A DNA stretch of 49,466 nucleotides, taken from Toensbergia leucococca (Eukaryota). Location: positions 1 to 49,466 of the forward strand of contig JALDZS010000174.1 of NCBI GenBank assembly GCA_022813965.1. The letters are read 5' to 3'. A program made the translations under genes and the position numbers. The notes beneath the pieces are model-generated. The model searched no databases. It saw nothing but the letters and a program-made list of their open reading frames with translations, and was not told the DNA's origin. Shown piece by piece: positions 21,612 to 34,536 of this stretch (its first letter is position 1; the number at the start of each line of letters is the position of its first letter).

Positions 21612-24370
21612 TGCATCATATACCTCGTGTCAGATTCATGCACAAGCATACCCTCACCTTGTACGAGTTCATTCGTTAGGGTATGCATGATGATCCTGGG
21701 CACTGATCCTGTTGCTGTGCCGCTTGATCACCCGCATCCAAAGGTGGCCTAGTGCCCAGAGGCTGATCGTTATCTCACCGCATCCTTATCTTCGCGGCCT
21801 CGATGATCTTTATCGTGCCCCGGTGGAAGAAACGTTTTGTAAAGCATTGACATCTGATCCTTAAAGGATCATCTAACATTATACTAACTAGGAGACGCTT
21901 GTGGTCGGACACATGCCTAGCAATTGTTTCCATGCACCCTTTTCTATGTTAGGAATGGCTTGGACTTTGCTGACTGCAGCATATTTCTCTGCATGCAGAC
22001 GTGTCAAAGGTGAGTCCAAAACTCTCTCGCTGCTTTGTCCTACCTATAGAAACTAAAATATTAGCATCTAGCGAACGACATCAAGAGCATTCAACTCCAC
22101 GTGAATAACTCTTACTGAATCACTCGAGTCTGCTGAAATAACAGATTACTTCTAAGATACATGTTGCTTTGAACATCATGCTTAGCCACTATCATTTTCA
22201 ATCTCTTTGGTATGATCACAAAATTAGAATAGCAACAAGACCGTGGTGTCTGTCATAACTAATTTTTTTGTGTCTGTTCCGCTCAGTTGCTCCAATTTAT
22301 TTTACTTGCTCTCTGTTTAGCATGATAACTTCATGAAAACGGTTGCAGGAGCATGAAAATTTTTACTTCATTACAGTTTCTGTGATTGTCATTTTGATTG
22401 AACCCCCCGTTTATTTTCGTTCTCTATTCAATGAACAGATCTCTCGTTCCTCAGCAGAACAAACACTTATTTAGTCAAGGTAGCCTTTAACGCTTCGCGA
22501 TTGAACTGATGCACGGACATGTTCGTTCATTTGCAAAAATCTGGCGTATGTTATGAGTGACTAGAATTGTTTTCGTTCTTGCTGCTAATTAAATCAAGTT
22601 TTGTTTGTGATCCTACGTTGTTACTTTGTGCTGCAAACATCTTGAGTGACTGCTGGCAACTCAAACCTCCTTTCATCTCTCTCAATGTATAACAGTTATT
22701 AATTTTGTGCTTTTAGACCATAGGCCTGTGATGGAAAGAAAATACAACAATTATCTCGGCCTCGGGATGCTGAAGAAGCGCTAAGCTTTACGCCAGCAAA
22801 TTTTGTGCTTAGGTAGGTAGTCATTTAGGGATTATTCTACCATCTTCCACGGTGTTACTAAAAGGATACTCTTGGTCAGCGGATAGTCCTGGTATGTTCT
22901 GACCGATAGAGCTAAGAGAGTTGATGCTTGAAGGAATTTAGGTTCTTATTAACACATCATTATTCACGACAACGACATTAAACATAGGGCGGCAGCTAGT
23001 ATGCTTCTCGTATCCGGGCCTCTTTGATAGGGCTTTTCTTAATCCATATCAAGGTCTATCGGAGAGAGGCGATGAGAGAATCGACAAGCTATCGGCTAGT
23101 TTGAAATGTCTCTGACTTGTTCGAGGGAAACGACATCCTGGGCTTTAGCGACGGCTACAGCGTAGACTTTCCATGGTATTATGCCCTCTCTGATAGACTA
23201 CGCTAGCTTTCTTACTGTAGGTCAAGGGACATGGCGTTCCACTGACCCCATAGCTCTGTTTGAATGGTCACGAGTTCCCAATACGCTGTACTGTCTTCGT
23301 CTGATTTTAAGAGTCTCAGATTTGGTCTACATATCGTACTTAGCACGCTCATTAAGTCGTCGTTTCCACGGAAAACATCCTGGTAAGAATTGGGGATGAT
23401 CTCAGACAACATTGATGAGTATGGCATCTTCATGACTTCCGAAACCGATTAGGCATCGGCCGAATACGAGCTCTGACACAGAATATCACATCTTGGCGTT
23501 TGGAAAATTTGGAAAAAGATTTCGCCAGCCACCAATCAACATCGAGATCATATGATAATGGCTTTCATTGGTTGAGAACTGCAAGCCATTTATTGGTTGG
23601 GATCATGCTAGAAGAGTTTTATCCGCCATTGGCACTGCAGAGGTCCAATCTAGTGACACTTTAAGAGTGCTTCTACATCAAGATTGTTTGCAGATTAATG
23701 GCTTCGATCGCCCACAGATAAGCCAATCGAAGCCATATGTAACTTGGGGCTTGGGAGCGGTGAAGACTTCCCAATTTCATACGGCATATTTCCGAAATGG
23801 AAAGCGAGCCATTCGAAGATACCTGGGAAGATGTTACCTCGAATACTGGGAGCCCGAGGATCTGGGCTTTCGATTCACGTTGTCGCAAACCTGGTATCAA
23901 GGGGCATCACGTAAGATCTTCTCACCCACAAGGATGTCGATGAGGCCATGGATCTTGCTAGCTATTTCCAGACAACCAATCTCAGTCTTCCATAGTCTTT
24001 GCGTTATAGACGGAATACGACTTCTCGCCGTTTCCAAATGTTGGTTTCGGTGCTCATACTAGATAGCTGAAACGGCGGTCACCATTCTAGGCTGTGGCAT
24101 CGTCAGCATTGCATTCTCACATGGGATGGAATGTGCCAATCTTATCAATTTTTTCCCTCGAGCACGATCTCTCTGGAGCTGAATCTTTGCGTTGAGCTCC
24201 ACTGTGGAATGAGCTGGCTTACTTAACATTTTATGCGTTCACGTACATTTCAGGGGGTCATGATGGTCCTTGTTGTTTCGCACGGCTCTACTTGCATACA
24301 ATTATGTCCAACAACCAGGTGAGTTGGTATCCTCAGATTACCAGCAAGATACCCCTCGCCATCTCTATGC

Positions 24371-25843
24371 TCATATTTTGCCCACTTTCCCTAGGCTTCC
24401 CTTCTTCACCTTCATCTCATCGACCCTTCCCCTTGCGATGCTTATCCCCGGAACAACCCACTCTCCACAGCTACACTTCATCCCTTGCCATGCATACTTG
24501 CCAACATTGGTCTTACATTTTGGGTTGGGACATTCTAAGCGTCCGTCTAATTTCCCTTGTTCAAGTTCGGGGCGCATCCAGGAGAGGGGTTCTAGGAAGA
24601 GGTGAGCACAGGGGGAGCGCTGGGTGGCAGTCGATGCTGGTAAAGATGATATCGGGGTTTGGCGAATCGTGGCTATGTTATTGGTGGGCTTATCTGGGAA
24701 CGGGGTGTGGGAAATGAGATACTGCGAAGTCGACAGCGAAGTTCGGCATCTCCGACATCTGAACTCCACTTTCTCTTTCCCTCGATCTAGTTCGGGTCCT
24801 TCTTCCTCCCCAGGAGTGCCCACAACAGCACTACCGCCAATCTCGTCCCCAAATCGGATAGTGTCCGGTGCGACGCCGCATGCTAAACTAGCCTCAACAT
24901 CTCGTTGGTAGAGCCAACGTTGGTACAGGGGATGAGGGTCGATAGAGGAGGGACAGTGCATATCATGGTAGAGGGTCAGTTGCCTCATGAAACCATCGTT
25001 TGGCTCAGCAAAGGGGCGCGTTCGCCGAATCAGGGCGAGAGTGGATTTTGGAGTATAATGAGGATGTTTGGAGAGGAGATAGGCAATTAAAAGCGTGGTG
25101 GAGCGCGATTTGCCCATTGCGCTAGGAAAGAGAAGGGTTAGCCAGGGAATAGAATGTGTGGTGTGTTATATTATAGGAGAAAAGATTCAGAAGTATGACG
25201 CTTGAAAGAAGAAGTTTGATTTTGCAACAGAGGGGAGCGGCGTAAACAGATAACCCAAATTCGAAGGAGACGTAAGGGTCGTCCTTGATCAGAAAAAGTA
25301 GATATGAACACAAGACTACAAGGGCAGAGACTGAGAGACATTGAGAGATTGCCCATGTACAGAAGTTAGAGGAATCAAAGCGTTACAAATTTCTCAGGTA
25401 GCAGGGCAGAACAAAGTTGATTAGGGTTAGGGCTAGATTCCAAAACTCAGATGATGGTGAAAAGCAATAATGAGGCTATCATGAAGCGGAAAGACAATCG
25501 AGATTGCATGTAGGAATTCGCCTACCAATGTATAAGGACCCCACCCCCGGCATCGAGACCTTGCTGGATGAAGGCATTGCTAGTCGGAAAATGTTCAATG
25601 ATATTCTCATCTTCAACATCGTCCACTTCGACAACGAGATGCTGATAGTCGGCAAAGAGACCCTCATCAAGCGCCAATCGTAAGGCTGATAGGATGTGAG
25701 TGATGTTGGCCGTCGTTAGGGCTTGCTTGCCTCTGACGGAGAATAACCTGGTTTCAGATTAGGCCCGTACTCTGAAAGATGCAAGGCCACACTGACCCTC
25801 CGATGTACAGATTGGCATCCCCGGGTATCCTGTCCAAGGCCAT
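24371..25843 (-). CDS. YVH1: Dual-specificity phosphatase Yvh1/DUSP12 (60S ribosome biogenesis factor). Exons 25843..25797, 25747..25526, 25121..24371
   Basis: MALDRIPGDANLYIGG...ITHILS...VDDVEDENIIEHF...GGGVLIH-C-AMGKSRS (CX5R, the Cys codon split by intron 2), EPNDGFMRQL, and the C-terminal zinc domain RCRRCR...CAHLFLEPLSWM...GRLECPNPKC.TNVGKYAWQGMKCSCGEWVVPG. Confidence 0.94.
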
Positions 25844-28005
25844 ACCGGTTGGACGAGTAGGAGTCAATTATCCAGAGAGTGTCTCGGGTAAGAATCGATG
25901 CTGCAATGTAGATCAAGCTTAGATCCTGACTGGACTCAACACCAACGACCCCACCAATGAACATGCCTTATCCTTCGCTCCCACACCCGTACTAAAATCC
26001 TGCGAATAGTGGCCAGCTCGACCCCGCTTCCTCTGGGCTCAGAGTCATGACTTCTCGAACAGGGAGGTCATATGCGCATCCTTCAGATTCGCGGGGCTTC
26101 AATCGAGATACGGCTTATTTGCCGGACGTGAGACGGACTGATGATTACATTGCACATTTCACTTCCCTCGGCAGCCTTATGAGGAGCGTCGACTTGAAAC
26201 CTGCCCAGTCGCATTGTTCTAGAAAGCTTCTAGCTTCTAGCCCTACACATTGAACAGATCACTAAGATGCGGCTTGCTGAGCGCACAGATGGACACGCTA
26301 TTTCTAAGCATCCAGCCAGCCGCGCAGACTGTGGCTGTCGTTTCGTGCCCGCGCGGCCTAAAATTAAAGTGACAAGAGCTCTGCAGGACTGGGAGGATCA
26401 TCGGAGATGCAGAGCATATTTTTCGGCGATTGGACGAGGCTGCATTGGCCTAACATTTGCCTGAGAATCTCACACAGAACTTGGGATGCACGGATCATTT
26501 GATCACCGCATAACGGTCCAATCTTAACGCACGCTTGAGCAGGGCATCGATGCGAGTCGACGAGTCAGCGCTACACTGGCACCGATCAATTTCAGTCAAG
26601 ACACTGGAGTATCAGGCAGGCAAAATTTGCCATAGAATCTACTTTTGATGCAGCCAGGGTAGGCACTTCTGTACATCGGACCGGGAGTCATTGGTGGCGT
26701 TCTATTTCAAGCCGGGTTGGTTTGTGAAATTGCTTTTTGGCTTTTCCTGTTGCTTCTCCGCTTTGCAGATTCATGAATAGAATGCTTGCATGAGTGAGGT
26801 TAGGACTTGAGAGGGCTAAGGGAAATGGAATTCCTTGCCAATTATTTATTGCCGAATCTGGTTGGACCGAGTGATAAGGCGATGGTGGTGGTGGTGGAAC
26901 TTTTGGCCTTGAAGGGCTGACGAAGTGACGCCTGACCCGATGTTGCATCGCGCATAAATATACTTCTCTACCACGACGCCGAGAGCCTGTGCAAAATTTG
27001 AGAAAGTAGCTAGAGATGAAAATGCTGCAGTGGTGGATTACCGCTGTCTCTATTGATGATATCGTATTGAACATCAAGGCCAAGTCTCGAGTGGTGGTCC
27101 GACGTCTCTTTCAGCTGACCCTCTTGATTCGAGACCTTCATGGCGAAACCACTTTAGCTGAGCCCATGCGCAAGCGGCACGCTACCTGGGATCACCCCTA
27201 TCCCTGAACATCTTTTCTCATGCACCCACTTTGCACTTTTCGGCTTTAGGGCACAACGCTGTTCTACGGGTAGCTTGCATCAAACGAATTCTCTGTGACT
27301 GCCCTACTTGGCTTTCGCCCCGCCTACCCTGTTTTAACCCACGACTACTGACGCACTCTCAACTCTGGAAATGGAAGATTCCGCTCTTCAACCGGTTGGT
27401 GGGAGAAGAGAATCGGCTAAGCCAGCACAATAGACCTGGCCATGCCACCAACCACACCGGCGCCATCATGATTCCAGATTTATACCTCTTGAACCATAAT
27501 TAGTCTTCCTCCATAAGGCGCGCACTCCGAATCTGCACCACGTCTGATCGGCGTCATAGGCGAAGGCGAAGAAGGGTGGCCAGTCGAGGAGTGGCTATGC
27601 GAAAGGATTTGTGTTTGGAATACCCGTTCTCCGTCACTCCGTCCACTTTACCGTTGGATGCGATTAAACGAGGGTTCAATAGGGCTGAGACTACTCGTAC
27701 TCCAAATCCCCAATCCCCAAATCTCAAACAGCCCCACTGCCATGCCTCTTTGCAATGTTCGAGTACTTGCATAGTCAATTTATTGCTCTCCTTTTCTGCT
27801 TCTTGCAATTGTACTCGTCGCAGCGCCTGTTCCAAAGACTTCTGCTTTCGTCCTGTCCTGGCGTCCTCGGTCTTCCCCGTCCATCGCCTCCCTATTGCCA
27901 CGACTAAACGCACCGAGCTCACTCGCAGTGCATTAGTACCAACGAAGCCACGACCTATTAACGAGTATTTTGGAGAATTTCAGCTTGTGGCAATTACTTT
28001 CAACA

Positions 28006-30578
28006 ATGGACATTCCGTCGCCGCCTTCAATACGTATTTATGATTCAAACGCCAGTTTCGGTCCACACCGCCCTTCTAGTCGAACCTCCGGCCATAGTGC
28101 AATGTCTTTCACTAGGACACCCGGCGCCGTGTCGATACCCAATTTAAGACATGAACCTCCGCCTCCGTTACCTCCTCCTCGATTCATAGAAGATTTTAAT
28201 GTTGGCCGGGATCCAGGATGGAATTGGGGAAATAGATTCAACAGTGGACGGACTGAGAAAAGCGGGACTGGTTCTGTCAGTCCAGGGTCAAGTCTGCTCG
28301 GAAATTGGGAAAAGCGAATGGAAGGTAAAGATTGTGAGGAATTTCCAGAGGATACGAGGCGTGTCAACTCAGCTACGACAATTAAGTCGTCATTAGACAA
28401 CGAGATGAAATATGATATGTTCAGGTACAAGGATGAAGGATATCACAGTCTTTCAGGATCGAGCCTTGCAAATCATCAGTCAGTATATGCACGTTTATTA
28501 CGGTTTTCCTCTTTGCATCTTTGGTAGCTCTTAAGAAGGCAAGCACTGTACCCATACCAAGATTGAACGAAATGATCTAGAATTTGCTCGCCTCTTCGGC
28601 CACCCTCTGTCAAAGATCTGATGATTGAAAAATACTGACAAGTCCATCGTGCCAGGCTGCATGGCGAAAGGCCTCTGGAAAGGCGGAATCTTGAGAACTC
28701 ATCTCAAGCGTATGACAACAAGCTTCTGTCCAAGATTGGCAAACCCAAGACACCGCCTCGACTTTTCAGACCAGGAAGCATCGATGCCTCGCCAACGTCC
28801 AAAGTGCCATTTTTCCAGGGAGCAAAATATCCGCGGGAGTTAAAATCTCTGTCCATGTCAGATGGATCATTAAGTGCCTCCTCGGATTCCCCATTCAAGG
28901 CTGGATCACCTTTCAGTAAATACGGCGATAGTCCACAGTCCGCAGTAGTGTCGCCGGGCTTGCTCTCGTCGGCAACGAGCGCTAAGAGCTATATGGAATT
29001 CCGGAGTCCCACGTACGACGGCAGCGGTCAATCATCGGCCATTGAACCCGAACGCTTCTCGCAGATCCGACCGGCGAGTCAGCGGTCTGGTAGTGGATCT
29101 GTCGCAACGAATTTGGATGATGGCGCTAGTAATTTTGGCGGGCTTTCTAGCCGAGGAAGTTACGACCAGGGTATGACTCTTAGTACTTTTTCCGAGCCGG
29201 ACACGGACTTTCCCATTGATGAAACGGGCGCCTTACGACACCTCCACCTCGAAGATCGTGCCTCGAACCGTACCCCTCCCAGCCTGGAATCCCATCCCTA
29301 TTCACCTAGTTCGCGACGCTTAGGCATGAAGCGAAGAGCTTCATCGCCACCACCAGAGCCTTCGCGCGACGACAAAGCCCCACTGCACTCGGTGGGGAGC
29401 AGTAGCGAACTTTACCAACGTCACACTTCATCGCACCTCTCTGCAAATCTTAATCGTTTCTCCCAACACCACGGCTCCGTTTCATCTACCGCTTCCAGTG
29501 GGCTCCGAAACAGTTCGTACGCGTCGTCTGGTGGTCTGTCGCACGGCGGTAGTAGCATTACGAGCTTCTCATCTCATGAACGACTTTCACCCCGTGGAAT
29601 CTCGCCCCTACCTGATCAACATACCGGTCGTGACTCACCATACGTCACATCTATCTCACTGAATCCGAGTCCTCGAGAGTCGCTTTCACGACCTCATCAA
29701 CGAACTTCTTCCGAATCGAAACCTTCAGGATCACGCAAGATGTCGAGTGATAGCACCGGCCAAGGGAAACTCCATAACGCGCCAAAACTCCAAGCGAACG
29801 TACATATTTGTGAATGTTGTCCCAAGAAGCCAAAGAAATTCGACAGCTTAGAGGAACTCCAGTAAGTCCTCACAGTGTGGTATTGATATGTCCTTTACTA
29901 ATCGAGTCCATGAATAGCATTCACGAATCGGAAAAGCAATATACCTGTTCCTTTTGTCACAATCGCTTCAAAAATAAAAATGAAGCTGAACGACACCAAA
30001 ACTCCCTTCATCTTCGCCGCCACTCCTGGTCATGCGCCACACTCGGAGAAGGCTATCAAGCCGCATTCCACCCCTCTACCTCGATTCCTTCCAGCAATAG
30101 TAATTCCCAAAACCTCCCTCTACCATCTCCGGATACCCTTGCAGCGTACGATGTGTGCGGCTACTGTGGCGAAGAATTCTCCAATGAACCTGCTCCTGAC
30201 TATGATGCCCGCATGACCCATCTGACCAATGTGCACAAATTTGGTGAATGCAACCAGTCGAAGAAATTCTTCCGTGCAGATCACTTTCGTCAGCATCTAA
30301 AGCATAGCCATGCTGGCACGAGCGGAAAGTGGACAAACATGTTGGAAAACGCCTGTATGAGGGATGAACCGCCTGATGGGCAACAGCAGCAGCAGCAGCA
30401 ACATTCGCAGCAACAGCAACAGCCGCAGCAACCGCAACTAGGTGCTCCTGTTGCGAACATGGGTGTTGGACTTGGCAGAGGGGGCAATATCGGCATGGGG
30501 ATGGGTATAGGAATGATGATGCCAGGAGCAAGTGGGTTGAGAGAGCTTAAGATCGAGGAGATGCACGAGGAGCCATGA
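28006..30578 (+). CDS. C2H2 zinc-finger transcription factor with a long Ser/Pro-rich N-terminus. Exons 28006..28478, 28656..29861, 29918..30578
   Basis: Introns 28479..28655 and 29862..29917 join the three ORFs in frame. Fingers: CECCPKKPKKFDSLEELHIH, YTCSFCHNRFKNKNEAERHQNSLH, CGYCGEEF...HLTNVH, and CNQSKKFFRADHFRQHLKHSH. Confidence 0.9.
30381..30437 (+). repeat. CAG/CAA microsatellite encoding an interrupted polyglutamine tract in the C2H2 factor
   Basis: caacagcagcagcagcagcaacattcgcagcaacagcaacagccgcagcaaccgcaa translates to QQQQQQQHSQQQQQPQQPQ. Confidence 0.85.
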
Positions 30579-31005
30579 AAACATCAGCGACCGGAACGCA
30601 TGTTACTTAATGTGCATTTCTCTGAACCAATGGTGTTCATTTAGATCTGGACTGGAACAGCAACAATGGACTGAACCACAGTCGATGATTTAGCGAGCAC
30701 TTCTGGCGTGGAAACACGGGTGATACTACGGTTTAAAAAATGTGACTGGTACTGGATGCGCTTTGGGAGGTAGATGGAAGCCGGCAGCTCACTACAGCTA
30801 TGCATCATGAATGTTCACGATAGGCGTTCGTCTATTGGTATGGCTGTGTGTGGAGGCTCAACTGGCATACATATGCTCATATGGTAGCTGGAGAATGCAA
30901 AAAAATGAGACAGTGCTAGTTGCATTGGTTGCCAACGATTAGTGAGATGTCCATGGTGAGAATTCCATGTGTAGCCTTATGGTTGCCTTTGCAATAGGAC
31001 GTCAC

Positions 31006-31028
31006 GTAAACAAAGACTTGCTACGCGT
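31006..31028 (+). promoter_or_regulatory. Forkhead-type site (GTAAACAAA, 31006..31014) next to an MCB element (ACGCGT, 31023..31028) upstream of NDC1
   Basis: Exact matches to the yeast Fkh and MBF consensus sites, 140-160 bp before the NDC1 ATG. Function is inferred. Confidence 0.4.
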
Positions 31029-31167
31029 ACGGAGTAACGAACAACGTGCAATGTGTAACAACATCCCCCTCTCAAGCCTCGGTTCCTAAATTTGATTTCG
31101 ATTGAAGTGAGGCTTGTGCGGATCATGCCATGAAATTTCAATTGCCTCGAAAGCATTTACACAGAAA

Positions 31168-33247
31168 ATGCCCCCGCAGGTCAAACCACGCTTCTACAGG
31201 GACCTTCTTACCCCAGCCTTACATCGAAGATTCACCAGCGCTGCTGGAGTGACTCTTGCGCTATGCTATGTTGAGGCGGTCCTCATTGGGGAGAAATCAT
31301 CATGTTTGTTCCCCTCGTTGCCGTCGATTCCGTAACTGATCCATGTCTATTCAACACAACAGTACTTTGGTTTTGGTTTCCATTAGGAGGAGCTGGTGTA
31401 CGGACACTCCTACTATTCATTTCCTGCCTCTCGATATTCGTCCTTCGTGTTGCACAGCTTCACTTTGGCCTGAGAACCACAGTATCGCCTTTCCAGACGT
31501 GCCTCAGATACACCTTCCGTTTCAACACTATCCAGACCCTAGGTTGGTATTTCTTCTCAGCATGGTGGTTCAGCGAGGTCTATGTGTGGTATGCGGCAGA
31601 TCATGCGGATTTGAAATGGATAGCGGAGGGAAAGTAAGATCAAGATCTATGCTTGCCCCTAAGCTTCATGTTGATGGTAATATAGATCATACGAGCGTCT
31701 GCGGTTAAATGAAAGGCCCATCTACTTACGAAGTGTTTTCTTTATGCTTGCACTTCTCCAGAGCTTGTTCCACCTCTGCTACGATTATGATAGAGTCATA
31801 CTACATATCACAACAACCAGGCCTGTATCTTCTCCCGAACAACGACCACATATAATGGTTCCGCCGGTCGTACAATTGAAATCGACCATGCTCGTGGCCC
31901 TGAAGGGAACAGCTGTGAAGTCTCTATTCGTGGGTGTTCTTGGCCCGTTCATTTATGCCCTTTTTCTTCGACGGAGCGCTTGGAACTGGTCATACTATTT
32001 TGCAAAACTTCTATGGAGTTTGCCAAAGACTTCAGACTTGTCATATATACCTCCTTTCCACATTTCCTTGATTATTCGATCCATTACGTCGGGATTTCTT
32101 CTCGTCCTTTTATGGGAATCGTCAAATGCGATATTCGGTGCTTACGTAGCGCAAGAGCCGCTGAAGAGAGATCATCCTCTATCCGATGATTCCCGAGATC
32201 CTAACGGAAGCCTCTTGAACGGACTCAAATCTAGAAAAGAAGCGCCCAAGGTATGTCACCTTGTGCTTTCATGTTACTTGTCTATTGACTCTGAGAAAGA
32301 CATTTGCATTTTGGGAGCTTGTCTATATTAGCCAACGCTTCGAAGTTCGGCGAAAGTCCATTTTCTCGGAAATCGATAGAGTTGGAGGGCCAATGTGGAC
32401 ACAAACTCTATCCGCCTGTCTAAATACTATACAAGGTATCAATAAACGCATTAAAGATTCCCAGAATCCCCCAAGCACTGCCCCTCTGCCTCTACAGCAA
32501 CCGACTATTTTGCAATCTCTCCCACGTCTCTCTACTCCTCTGAGACAAGACCAAACTCTAACCAATCCACTCCCTCCAACTACACGCTGTGGGCGAATAG
32601 AGTCAACAATTAGTACAATTGCTAAACATTACGGGCAATCCACCCCATCACAAAATGAAAACTCTAGCGGTCCTTTGAGCCCACGAGCAAGGAAGTACCT
32701 ACGTGCCGCTCAGGACAAGCTTCTAACGGAAGGACAACAACAACAAATCAGTCCCGCTAGTCTTAGCTCAATCTTCAACGAGTATGTCTCACGCTTCGTC
32801 CACTCTCCCGTAGGTCAGCTATTTCGTCAGACGTTCAAAAGACGAGTTTGCGTGGTAGTGCTCGGGTCACCTTACAGTGACTTGAGCCCCATTATCGATG
32901 CGATAGACTCCTTGACTTGCCTGGCAATGGCAAGCCTCAAAGAGGATACCTACGGTAAGGTCTCGAAAGATGTGGCGCTAATGATTCGCACCTTTACAAG
33001 CACAATCGAGACCCTGGAAACGTTTATGGCGGGTTTAAGCGCGCATTGGACGGATGTGGAGTTTGATGAGCAGGAGAAGAAGGTAGAGGAGGTGGAGCAG
33101 ATTCTGGCATGTCTGAGAGGGGGAGTAACAGAGCTAGTGAAGGCTTTTGGGGAGTATGCAAAAGAATTGGGTATGGAAGAATGGGAGATAAGCTGGGCAA
33201 AACGGCTTGCGTGGATGGAGAAGGCGGAGGAGATGGTAAAAGCCTAG
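31168..33247 (+). CDS. NDC1: Transmembrane nucleoporin / spindle-pole-body insertion factor Ndc1/Cut11, about 4 exons
   Basis: YRDLLTPALHRRF, several hydrophobic segments (RTLLLFISCLSIFVLRVAQLH; FSAWWFSEVY), YERLRLNERPIYL, AQEPLKR..PLSDDSRDPNGSLLNGLK|AFWEL..I...RRKSIF, and SLKEDTYGKVSKDV. Confidence 0.9.
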
Positions 33248-33790
33248 GTCTTCTGGTAGGTTTGAGATATCGTCAAGCTCGAAAAGAATACCCAAGTCAT
33301 CAACTGCAGAAATCGAATACTGACTGACTCTATGTGTTTTCATGAATTGCGAGGACAAACGAGTATTATTTTCAAGCCCCTCCTGTCCTCGATTTACTTT
33401 CAAGCATTTTTTCTTGTTTCTGACCGTGGTCGTACGATCACAGTGTTTTCGCTGTGATGATGCGTTATTCTAGAGATTTGTTCCGCACACTCGGGTGAGA
33501 GGCCGAAGTTGGGGCTGCTAAGAGCTGATGTGACAGCTCGATCAGGAGTACCTAGCAAGAGCAAAGTCCGGGACAGAATTGGATTTGCCAATTGCAAGAG
33601 TTTCATGTTCGGTGTATAATGGCAAAACAGAGTGGAACGCCGGACCATCTAAATTGCAAGAAGAAAAATCTACCCGGGTCACAGGAAGCAGTGAGATGGA
33701 ATCATTCATGATATTCCCCAGATGCTTCTAGTACAGTTCAGTCATGTACGCTACTACGACAAACTGGGTTATGGCCTTTATTTCGTCACT

Positions 33791-34536
33791 TCATTCGGAT
33801 CTTCGACCTTGGCCAGCCACCCTGGCTACCTGTGCAAACTGCACCCACACGGCAGCAACGGCAATCCCAAAATCGGCTCTTCGAGTAGGAACGCCAACCA
33901 AGATGCCAAGTACAAGTCCGGTGATTGCAATCAGCAATAATTTTACCGTTGTGACGACGTGATCCGATACAATCCGGAAAACGACAATGCTAGAACCGAC
34001 TCCAACATGAAATAATTCAGTTGCTGGCATGAATAACGAATCTTCTTTGAGAGGGTCTAGGCCAGTTGTGGGAAGAATATCCGGTCTATTGAAAGCCATT
34101 GTGAGGACGTGGTGAGGCCGATAACTTTGAAATACGACCTCCACGGACTTGGTCGGGGTAACAGCCATTGCTCCAATGATGGCTGTGCCAACCTCAACCC
34201 TCGCGAATCGACTCAAGACACGGCCTCTCCAACTCCTTACCATGGATTCCTGAAAATGGGATCGTGCTTGCTCCATCAAATGGGTGTCAATCTGCATGGT
34301 CCGAGGGTAGTGGTCGAAGAGGTAATAGCGTCGATAAGGGTTCTCAAAAACGAAGGACCACGAGCATGGTATCTCGAGAGCTGTATAAGCGTTCTGGAGG
34401 AGCCTGGCACCATTTGGTTGGCCCTGAGACGCTGCCATACTACTCGCCTATGAAGGATAGAATGTAAGCCGGAACCTCAATGTAGAGTGATATAGATACT
34501 CACTGCAGGGCGTCTTAGCTGGTCTGGAGAAGCCAT
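33791..34536 (-). CDS. Hypothetical protein with two C-terminal hydrophobic segments. Exons 34536..34504 and 34447..33791
   Basis: An upstream mini-exon MASPDQLRRPA splices in frame via a 56-nt GTGAGT...CATAG intron (34448..34503) to the 215-aa ORF. Transmembrane-like stretches VKLLLIAITGLVLGILVGV and FGIAVAAVWVQF. Confidence 0.55.

Noticed and set aside
21740..21810. GGTGGCCTAGTG resembling a tRNA A-box
   Set aside because: No B-box (GTTCRA) or cloverleaf downstream.
23000..24062. Possible HET-domain relic (RDHMIMAFIG resembles RD.IYA.LG) and the 164-aa ORF 23568..24062
   Set aside because: Only one weak motif; no W..R.W..QE or other HET hallmark found, so it cannot be supported without a profile search.
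26047..27922. Several 60-155 aa ORFs upstream of the C2H2 gene
   Set aside because: No recognisable domains and inconsistent strands; more likely UTR or promoter sequence.
30290..30496. Cys-rich minus-strand ORF (CGCCGCCCCCECCCC) resembling a metallothionein
   Set aside because: It is the antisense reading of the CAG/CAA polyglutamine tract of the C2H2 factor.
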